Shown here: positions 10,312 to 17,585 of the stretch, piece after piece | How positions within the stretch are numbered: the stretch's first letter is position 1 | Layout of the letters: every line of letters starts with the position of its first letter | Origin: Nitrospirae bacterium MYbin3 | GTDB taxonomy: Bacteria > Nitrospirota > Thermodesulfovibrionia > Thermodesulfovibrionales > Dissulfurispiraceae | DNA length: 21,795 nucleotides | Assembly: GCA_002753335.1 (NCBI GenBank) | Contig: PEAD01000013.1 | Location: forward strand, 62,001-83,795 | Reading direction: 5' to 3' | The notes under the pieces: model-generated | The model's input: the letters and a program-made list of their open reading frames with translations, nothing else | What the model was told of the DNA's origin: nothing | Database searches by the model: none | Translations under genes and position numbers: made by a program

Positions 10312-11865
10312 ATGCAGATTCCTGTAATAGAACCGGGCTGTATTCCGCCCGATCCTGTATCCCCAGATTCGCTTAAAGGCATTCCGAGACAGCAGACCAA
10401 TCCTGCGCGTCGCAGTATAGAAAACTGGAAAGGTTTTGTTGAACACCTGCGTTCTCAGAGTGTCCTTGTCAGGGAAGAAAAGAGCGAAAGTTCTGTATTT
10501 GTTACCGATGCTGGAGGACTTGCATTCGGTTTGCCGCATGGAGTTGTCAGGCCGAATTCTGCCGAAGATATTTCAAAGTTGCTAAAGGCTGCGCAGCGGT
10601 TCAGAGTGCCGGTGACCGTTAGAGGCGGCGGACTTACGACAGAGGGAGAATCGGTAGCGTTCGGCGGTATCCTGCTGGATATGAGTTCTCTGAATAAAGT
10701 GTTGGAAATAGACACCAAGGCGATGACCGTTCGCACACAGGCAGGTATTTTCTGGCACCAACTTGCAGAGATATTGAGACGCGAAGGCATGGACTATCTT
10801 TCGGCGCCTCTTAATCTCACAGCTTCTGTGGGCGGCACTCTCGGAGTGGGCGGTATAGATGTGAATTCGCCACGGCTTGGATGCAGCTGTGATCAAGCTA
10901 TAGAACTGCAGGTTGTTACTCCAACAGGAGATATTATGCACTGTTCCGAAACCGAGAACCCTGAACTCTTTGAGAGAGTGCTTTTAGGATACGGTCAGTT
11001 TGGAGTTATAACAGAAGCTGTATTGAAGATACGCAAGTTCAGTCCGCTTACGATGCAGTATTATTATTACGCTTCGCTTACAACTGCTATTGAAGATCTG
11101 CAGATGTTATCAAAGGCTGACGCGGCAGATTATGCAGGAATCCTCACTATACTTGACAGGGCAATCACGCTGCTTGTGGCGTTTGACAGCGACGAGCGCC
11201 AAAAAGATTTTGAGAAAAAATGGAAACCTAAGCTGCGCGGCCATGGAGAGTTCGGCTTCGGGTTGTTGATGGCAAAATACTATCTGCTCCGTCCATGGAA
11301 GATAGAAGAAGCGCTCTATATTGTGAGCAGGCGTTTTACGCTTTTCCCTGAGTTTAACCGGGCCGAATTTATGCGTGATGGAAAGATAATAGACAGGACG
11401 GTTGTGTTTTCGCGTGCGGTTTGGAAGTTCTGGGGAGGCCGTCAAATGGTAATTCCCGACCTTTCGGCAAAGGCAGAAAAGTTTGCCGAGGCTGTTGAGC
11501 GCGGCAATGCCGTATGCCGCAAATATTTTAAATACTACACACTTTACTGCGTAGGCATTAAGCTTAAGGGCAACCTGCCGCGTTATGAAATGTCATGCAT
11601 TCCTCCTGATGCCTCTGATATCGCTTACGGCTGTGAGTTTGAGCCTATGCTGAGAGATACCGACTACAGCCGCGATTACCTGCAATCGTTTAAAAATGAG
11701 ATTTACGATATCGGAGTTGACATGGGCTTGAGCTACTATCGTTTTGGCGGCATGATGAAGGGCTATATCCGGAGCGTGTTCGGTGATGAACTGGTGGAAA
11801 AGCATCTGGCAATGAAAAAAGCGGCTGACCCGGCAATGATACTTAATCCGGATGTGATATTTTAA
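10312..11865 (+). CDS. FAD-binding oxidoreductase, VAO/PCMH flavoprotein family (substrate unknown)
   Basis: Motifs VVRPNSAEDI, VTVRGGG, GGILLDM, ASVGGTLGVGG, VVTPTG, NPELF..LLGYGQFGVIT, and C-terminal KKAADPAMILNP. Confidence 0.85.
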   Translation: MQIPVIEPGCIPPDPVSPDSLKGIPRQQTNPARRSIENWKGFVEHLRSQSVLVREEKSESSVFVTDAGGLAFGLPHGVVRPNSAEDISKLLKAAQRFRVPVTVRGGGLTTEGESVAFGGILLDMSSLNKVLEIDTKAMTVRTQAGIFWHQLAEILRREGMDYLSAPLNLTASVGGTLGVGGIDVNSPRLGCSCDQAIELQVVTPTGDIMHCSETENPELFERVLLGYGQFGVITEAVLKIRKFSPLTMQYYYYASLTTAIEDLQMLSKADAADYAGILTILDRAITLLVAFDSDERQKDFEKKWKPKLRGHGEFGFGLLMAKYYLLRPWKIEEALYIVSRRFTLFPEFNRAEFMRDGKIIDRTVVFSRAVWKFWGGRQMVIPDLSAKAEKFAEAVERGNAVCRKYFKYYTLYCVGIKLKGNLPRYEMSCIPPDASDIAYGCEFEPMLRDTDYSRDYLQSFKNEIYDIGVDMGLSYYRFGGMMKGYIRSVFGDELVEKHLAMKKAADPAMILNPDVIF

Positions 11866-12839
11866 TGGGCATTAAAAAGAAGATAAAAGGCTATGAATCC
11901 TGCAGCGGCTGCGGTGTATGTCTTCTGGTCTGCCCCTTATGGAGATCCACCGGCTCCATGGCCTATACCCGCAAAGGCAGGGCTAAAGCGATGCAGGGTG
12001 GTGTTGCACCTGAGGATATAGCATCTTCGATAGACGCATGTTTTATGTGCGGTTCGTGCGAGCCTGCATGTCCTGAGGGGATAGATATTGTTGGCATGAA
12101 TCTGGAACAGCGCCGCAGACTCAACGAATCAAGAAGCTCTTATCCGGCATGGTATCCTAAAAACGAGATTCATACCTCATCCAGAAACAGCAAGCTTCCG
12201 CAAACCAATACAATATTGATGGCAGGGCGTAATTTAGATGGAGATATAAAAATAGTCGAAAATATAGTTAGCCTTTTGGGTGGGGATAAAAGCATTGCTA
12301 TTTCTGATGATGACGGCAGAGATATTGCGGCCGCTGTCGAAGCTGGGTTGCCGGTGCCGCCAGAGCGCATTGCACTTTTTATTTCACTTCTTCGCAATGC
12401 AAAGAATCTGATAGTGTCAGAGGGAATACTTCATCGTCAGCTCAGGGAGTGGCTTCCGGCTAAAAAGGTTATGGGTATAGGAGAAGCGTTGCTGAACATT
12501 CAGTCTATACGCAAAGCTCTGGGTCCTGACGATATTTTTATAGTTGAGAGCAGAGGGTATCATTCAGATTTTGAAAGGCTTGTAAAGTTTTATGACCGTC
12601 TACGGAAGGATACCGGATGCCTGATGAATCTCGATCTGCAGCGGATAGCGATACCCACAGGGGCCTCAAGCCTCAGAGGAGCGCACAACAGAAAGACGGC
12701 CGGATGCAGCGAGCATTCCGCATGGATACTGAAGGGAAGAAAATTTAAGCGCATAGTGGTTGAGGATCTCTCCGACATAGAAGTCTTTCAAGAGATTACG
12801 GATGTTCCGGTTGTTCACCTAAGCATGATTGTAAAATGA
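11865..12839 (+). CDS. (Fe-S)-binding protein with N-terminal 2x[4Fe-4S] domain (GlcF/HdrD-like N-terminus)
   Basis: CSGCGVCLLVCP and CFMCGSCEPACP with an intervening (R)KGR motif. TAATG overlap with the upstream flavoprotein gene. Confidence 0.8.
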   Translation: MGIKKKIKGYESCSGCGVCLLVCPLWRSTGSMAYTRKGRAKAMQGGVAPEDIASSIDACFMCGSCEPACPEGIDIVGMNLEQRRRLNESRSSYPAWYPKNEIHTSSRNSKLPQTNTILMAGRNLDGDIKIVENIVSLLGGDKSIAISDDDGRDIAAAVEAGLPVPPERIALFISLLRNAKNLIVSEGILHRQLREWLPAKKVMGIGEALLNIQSIRKALGPDDIFIVESRGYHSDFERLVKFYDRLRKDTGCLMNLDLQRIAIPTGASSLRGAHNRKTAGCSEHSAWILKGRKFKRIVVEDLSDIEVFQEITDVPVVHLSMIVK

Positions 12840-14050
12840 ACGAGATAATAACCGATGTTGTGATTGTGGGATCAAGCCTTGCCGCCTCCGGCTGCGCTAA
12901 GAGGCTTGTGGATGCAGGTTTTGATGTTATTGTGCTGGAGCGACATGCTCTGCCGAGGCACAAGGTATGCAGCGGCATACTTTCGCCGCGAGGCCATCGT
13001 TTTTTGTTCGAAAATTTCGGCCCTCTGCCCAGAGAAATACTGCATGAACCTACTTTCTGCAAAGGGGTAACTTTTCATTTCCCTAGCATGGTATCTATTC
13101 CAATGGATTTCTTCGGAGGCCCGACACCGCATCTTAATCGCCAATTTTCGGACTACTGGGCTATAAAAAGAAGTGGTGCGGCTGTGCATGAGAAAACAAC
13201 CTTTGAAAGCCTTCAAGATGATGGAAAATCTGTAAATATAATCGCTAAGAAAGCTGGGGCTGAAATCCGCTATAAAGCCCGTTTTGTGGTGGGTGCTGAT
13301 GGCCCTAAATCGAGGGTCAGACATTCGGTTTATCCTGATTACAATAAGACTATTCCATGGTTCATGGTAGGGCAGAAGTTTCAGGCTGTTATAGAATGTC
13401 CTCTCGATGACGACTATTTTCATTTCTGGTTTCACCCTGAGCTGGGGTATTACACATGGAGCCATGCCCGCAACGGCAGGCAGATATTGGGTGTGGGGTT
13501 CCCCTTAGGCGGAAACCTTCATCGTTACCATGCGAATGTTGAAGAGTATGTGAGAAACAAGCATGGTGTGAAACTCGAAAAAGCTGAAGAGCTTGAGGGC
13601 TGCTCTCACAACTTCGGGCCTTCGCTTATAAACCGCTATGTTTTCGGCAAAGGCAATGTTTTGATCACCGGACAGGCGGCAGGTTTTTTCAACATGATCG
13701 CCGAGGGCATGAGCTGTGCTCTTCATTCAGGAGCTATTGCGGGAGAGTCTATTGTTGAGGCGGCTCAAAGCAACAGGCCGGTTCAGCAGGTATATCGCAG
13801 TCTTATAGCCTCTGAAGTCCGTCGCTGCACCGACCAATGGAACCCTTTTAGGATTATATTCAGCAATCCGCATGAGGCCGATTTTAAAGCCGCGCTTTTT
13901 AAACTCGACAAGCAAGATCAAAAACTGGTGCTCAAAGATATATGGCGCTTTCTAAAGATATATGCGCCATATAAATGGGGCAGACAGATCCTTTCGCAAT
14001 CACTGATAAGAGAGATAAACGGCGAATATCTGCCGAGCCGCTGGCTTTAA
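12836..14050 (+). CDS. NAD(P)/FAD-dependent oxidoreductase, geranylgeranyl reductase/FixC-like family
   Basis: Motifs DVVIVG..., VIVLER..LPRHKVCSG, ARFVVGADG, YYTWSH and NVLITGQAAG...EGMSCALHSG. ATGA overlap with the FeS gene. Confidence 0.82.
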   Translation: MNEIITDVVIVGSSLAASGCAKRLVDAGFDVIVLERHALPRHKVCSGILSPRGHRFLFENFGPLPREILHEPTFCKGVTFHFPSMVSIPMDFFGGPTPHLNRQFSDYWAIKRSGAAVHEKTTFESLQDDGKSVNIIAKKAGAEIRYKARFVVGADGPKSRVRHSVYPDYNKTIPWFMVGQKFQAVIECPLDDDYFHFWFHPELGYYTWSHARNGRQILGVGFPLGGNLHRYHANVEEYVRNKHGVKLEKAEELEGCSHNFGPSLINRYVFGKGNVLITGQAAGFFNMIAEGMSCALHSGAIAGESIVEAAQSNRPVQQVYRSLIASEVRRCTDQWNPFRIIFSNPHEADFKAALFKLDKQDQKLVLKDIWRFLKIYAPYKWGRQILSQSLIREINGEYLPSRWL

Positions 14051-14091
14051 ATGATTTGATTGCGATAAGGTTTTTAGGCTAACATTTACAG

Positions 14092-14709
14092 ATGAAAAGT
14101 AATCCATTGCATGTAGGTCTTGCCCTGTCTCTTCAATTATTAAAATATGATGTGCGTTTTAATATCCCTCTGATAGGTTGGGACAAAAATTCCTTTATAG
14201 TTGCCAAGTTTCCGGATTTAAGGGAAGTGCCAATTTCGATTGCTCGTGCTGATGGGTGCATAATCAGATTTGTAAAAGATGGTGAAATTTTCGGATTTAA
14301 AACTGAGGTTCTCTCATTCCAGTTCTTTCCAGCCCCGATAATGTATTTTAAATATCCCGACAAATTCAGCAAGATGGAGCTGAGAAGGCACAAAAGATTT
14401 AGGGTTAATATACCGGCTAGGATAATGCATCTTAAAAGGACAACTGCAGAAGATGCATCAATCGTTGACATAAGCGAGGCCGGATGCCAGGTAAAGCTCA
14501 GTTCTTCTGAAGATCATGTGCTTGAAACAAGCGATTTGCTTTACATAACCTTCAGCTTAATGGGTAAAAACCTTGAGCTTGACTGCGTTCTAAGAAATTA
14601 TAGAAGCGTTGATAACAGCAAGCGGCTTGGCATAGAGTTCAACTCGCTATCAGGTGAAAAAGCTGAGCTGGTAAAATCCATTATAGCCATGATGCAGGAA
14701 GCCGCCTGA
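14092..14709 (+). CDS. Flagellar brake-like protein (YcgR-like N-domain plus PilZ c-di-GMP-binding domain)
   Basis: PilZ motifs RRHKR (RxxxR) and DISEAG (DxSxxG), C-terminal LGIEF. The N-terminal beta-rich domain resembles PilZN. Confidence 0.85.
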   Translation: MKSNPLHVGLALSLQLLKYDVRFNIPLIGWDKNSFIVAKFPDLREVPISIARADGCIIRFVKDGEIFGFKTEVLSFQFFPAPIMYFKYPDKFSKMELRRHKRFRVNIPARIMHLKRTTAEDASIVDISEAGCQVKLSSSEDHVLETSDLLYITFSLMGKNLELDCVLRNYRSVDNSKRLGIEFNSLSGEKAELVKSIIAMMQEAA

Positions 14710-14745
14710 CAGGACAGATTTTTGTCCAATGCTATTAAGAGCCGT

Positions 14746-15234
14746 TTATCCCTCGACTATTCCTTTTTCTTCCCACATAAACCAGTTGCCGCTGTCTTTA
14801 AGGAAGTTGTAGGTATTCGCAAAAATCGTATAGTGCTCCTCTTCTTCGGATGCCAGAAGGTTAAACAGCTCTTTTTCTTTGTCTGATGCTGCGCCGGCGG
14901 CAGATTGTTTGTAGAATTCCTTGCCTTCTCTTTCCATCTCCATAGCGATCTTAAAGGCTTCAAGCTCATCGGAAGAGGCTTCGGCCCTCTGCAGCATCTC
15001 ATTTTTCATGCTCTCAAAAACAGTATTGATAGATTTCATCGGAGCTGATGCATCAGAGGCTGAGAACTCATTTTTGTTGATCAGCTTGTTTATTATTTCA
15101 AGATGCCTTTTCTCGTCTTCCACTATCGAGAGGAACATTTTTTTCCCTACAGCATTTTTTGTTTTTTCGGAAGCCTCTCTGTAAAACTTTATCGCGTCAG
15201 ATTCCATTTTCGCTGCTGTCTGAAGTGCGCTCAT
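14746..15234 (-). CDS. Ferritin-like (rubrerythrin-family) diiron protein without a fused rubredoxin domain
   Basis: Duplicated motif A..ME....FY...ExxH (EDEKRH, EEEEHY). SD GGAGGA upstream. Confidence 0.88.
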   Translation of the reverse strand: MSALQTAAKMESDAIKFYREASEKTKNAVGKKMFLSIVEDEKRHLEIINKLINKNEFSASDASAPMKSINTVFESMKNEMLQRAEASSDELEAFKIAMEMEREGKEFYKQSAAGAASDKEKELFNLLASEEEEHYTIFANTYNFLKDSGNWFMWEEKGIVEG

Positions 15235-15250
15235 TTTTTATCCTCCGTAG

Positions 15251-15409
15251 TTAAATTTTTTCAAATACATCTTTTGCAGCGCCGCAGACAGGGCAGGTCC
15301 AGTCCTCAGGAAGCTTCTCAAATGGCGTTCCTGAAGCTACTCCTGTGTCCTCGTCTCCTTTTGCAGGATCATACTCATAACCACACAGACTGCATTTCCA
15401 CTTTTCCAT
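15251..15409 (-). CDS. Rubredoxin (52 aa; absent from the supplied ORF track)
   Basis: Manual translation: [52 protein letters not shown]. Canonical CxxCGY.YD...LPxDWxCPxCG pattern, SD GGAGGA. Confidence 0.96.
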   Translation of the reverse strand: MEKWKCSLCGYEYDPAKGDEDTGVASGTPFEKLPEDWTCPVCGAAKDVFEKI

Positions 15410-15449
15410 GTTTCCTCCGTATTATTTTGGATTTTTAAACTTTGCTTAT

Positions 15450-16925
15450 TTAGACCTTAAGTAGAGCTGGATTAGTGTGGGGAATGAAAACAGCTCCCAT
15501 AAACTCCCGCATGAACTCAGGGTCATCATACATCTGTTTGTATGTAATTTTAGCAGTAATAGCGTTTATCTTTCCAATCAGGCTGCTGTCCTTAAGCAGC
15601 ATAAACGCGCCTGTCAGTGAAGAATTGCCGAGCGGCTTTATAATTGAGGCAGGCCATTCAGGAAGCATGCCTATCGCAGCCGCTTTAGAGGCGTTTATGC
15701 CTGTGCCGAGAGCGCCAGAAACATAGACATTCTTTATCTCACCGAAACTCAGGCCTACAGAACGGAGCAGTGTGAGAAGCAGTGTGAACATTGCGGCCTT
15801 GGATTTAAGGAAGTTGTTGATTTCGATTTGCCTTATATGCAGTCGGTCCGAACCGTTGCAGTTTATCTTGTACGCAGGCTCGTCTCCGATATTCAGTACA
15901 TTGGGCGAAGCTGTATCGAGTTTTCCTGTTTGGTCAACTATTCCTGATTTGTACATCTCATATAAGAGGCTTACCATGCCAGAACCGCATATCCCTTCCG
16001 GCTGCGCTTCATCAAAGGTTTTACATGAGCATTTGCCGTTGTTTATTTCTATGTCATAAATCACTCCGTTTTTTGCCCTCTTGCCGATTACAGAAATGCC
16101 CTCTTCCAGCGCAGGGCCTGCAGCTCCGGCTGCGACTATCATCCACTCGCTGTTGCCGACCACAATCTCTGCATTAGTGCCGACATCAATAAGCACAGAA
16201 ATGTTGTTTGATTCTTCCATGCCTGATGCTACTATTCCGGAGATTATGTCGCCGCCCACATAGCTGCCTGCATTTGGGAATACATAAACAATCGCTTCGG
16301 CATTTATGGTCAGTCCTAAATCTGCTGCATTAAAAAATCCGGGTGTTCTCACAACAGGGACGAAGGGCAGGGCGGGTATGGCGCTTATGTCGAGGCCAAG
16401 GAAAAAATGTGTCATAACCGTATTGCCTGCTACCGTAGCTGCATGTATGTCATCCAACGCAATACCTGTCTTTGAACAGATAGCTGACAGCAGTTCATTT
16501 ATGCCTTTTAGAAGTTCAGAGTAAACTTTATCGCAGGATAAGGACATGGCATGATGCATGCGGGTTAGAATATCGCAGCCATATTTAATTTGAGGGTTTT
16601 CGATGCTTGTTTCGATAACTTTCTTCTGCGTTATGTTGTCGAATAAAATTGCTGCTATGTTCGTTGTACCCAAGTCCAAAGCAACAGAATATGATCTGTC
16701 TTTTCTTATATCTATTATTTTCTGTCCCGAAATATCCTGACCGATAATTAATGAAAGTTCCTGCGGAAAAGGTCTTTTGTGAAGATCCAGTTTTTTAAGG
16801 ATTCCTAAAGGGATATGCAGGCTGTCAATTCCGAGCGAATCATTGATTCTCTGGTCGTCCGCCCGCCTGTCATCATTTGAAGGAGTGGGCAGAAACACAG
16901 TTTTCTGAAACACGAGACAAGACAT
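15450..16925 (-). CDS. ASKHA-type ATPase of the RACo/RamA/AcsV family (reductive activator of corrinoid proteins, DUF4445), lacking the N-terminal 2Fe-2S domain
   Basis: Motifs ALDLGTT, NPQ..YG.DI..R, AGNTVMTH, YVGGDI, IDVGTNAEIV, AGPALE, GICGSG, GNSS and C-terminal F.PHT. Confidence 0.88.
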   Translation of the reverse strand: MSCLVFQKTVFLPTPSNDDRRADDQRINDSLGIDSLHIPLGILKKLDLHKRPFPQELSLIIGQDISGQKIIDIRKDRSYSVALDLGTTNIAAILFDNITQKKVIETSIENPQIKYGCDILTRMHHAMSLSCDKVYSELLKGINELLSAICSKTGIALDDIHAATVAGNTVMTHFFLGLDISAIPALPFVPVVRTPGFFNAADLGLTINAEAIVYVFPNAGSYVGGDIISGIVASGMEESNNISVLIDVGTNAEIVVGNSEWMIVAAGAAGPALEEGISVIGKRAKNGVIYDIEINNGKCSCKTFDEAQPEGICGSGMVSLLYEMYKSGIVDQTGKLDTASPNVLNIGDEPAYKINCNGSDRLHIRQIEINNFLKSKAAMFTLLLTLLRSVGLSFGEIKNVYVSGALGTGINASKAAAIGMLPEWPASIIKPLGNSSLTGAFMLLKDSSLIGKINAITAKITYKQMYDDPEFMREFMGAVFIPHTNPALLKV

Positions 16926-16937
16926 ATTTGAATTGCT

Positions 16938-17585
16938 CTATTTTTCTTTGAGGATTCTTTTGTTAGGTTTTCCTGTTCTGTACGGGAACTCATCGAGTAT
17001 TTCATCGAACAGATGCGGAGCGGTTCTTCGAATATCTGAGTTGTAATCCTCTATATCTCCCTCACCGCGCCAGAATATGCTGTTTTTGTCAGTCCGGCCT
17101 GCTTGAGAAGGTTTTGAAAAAAATATTTTTATTGAATTGTGATATGCGGTGTCTGTGTATCCTCCCACAACTTGCGGTCTAAGTTCGTATTTGCCGGCTG
17201 TTTGTTCTGTCACCTGCACATTGGTTCCGGCTGCTGTTCCTGAATAGGTCTTGGTGTCGCCCGGTATGTATTGAGGCAGGTATTGTGTAGTGGGCGGGAT
17301 GTAATATTTTACGGGAGTGGTGTGAAAGTCGAGGTTTACTATAAATTCAGGAGCAGTATCGTCGTTTACAAAACCCCTTCTCGCAAGTTTCTCTTTAAGA
17401 ATTGATGTGAGCTCTTTTGCCAGCAAGGGGTTTTCTTTGTCTGCGGTCTCTATCCTGAATTTCCTGAATATAGAGAGGTTTTGATCAGGATCGGAATAAA
17501 TCTTTACTTCCATCTTCAGCGATGAGCATCCGTAGATTAATAGAGCAATTATAAGGGCGATAATTATCCTGAGGGCAGTTCTCAT
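16938..17585 (-). CDS. Putative lipoprotein, DUF4136-like
   Basis: Signal peptide with lipobox IYGC, L..RGF....PEF.V pattern and C-terminal IFWRG...ILDEFP. Start overlaps the CNNM stop (ATGA). Confidence 0.65.
   Translation of the reverse strand: MRTALRIIIALIIALLIYGCSSLKMEVKIYSDPDQNLSIFRKFRIETADKENPLLAKELTSILKEKLARRGFVNDDTAPEFIVNLDFHTTPVKYYIPPTTQYLPQYIPGDTKTYSGTAAGTNVQVTEQTAGKYELRPQVVGGYTDTAYHNSIKIFFSKPSQAGRTDKNSIFWRGEGDIEDYNSDIRRTAPHLFDEILDEFPYRTGKPNKRILKEK

Noticed and set aside
14712..14727. Small hairpin GGACA...TGTCC between the convergent PilZ and ferritin-like genes
   Set aside because: Only a 5-6 bp stem with no U-tract, too weak to call a terminator.
14746..14810. C-terminal tail of the ferritin-like protein as an encapsulin targeting peptide
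   Set aside because: No LxIGSL-like motif and no encapsulin gene in the window.
15103..15438. 111-aa plus-strand ORF from the track
   Set aside because: It overlaps the minus-strand rubredoxin and ferritin-like genes, which have far stronger motif and RBS support.
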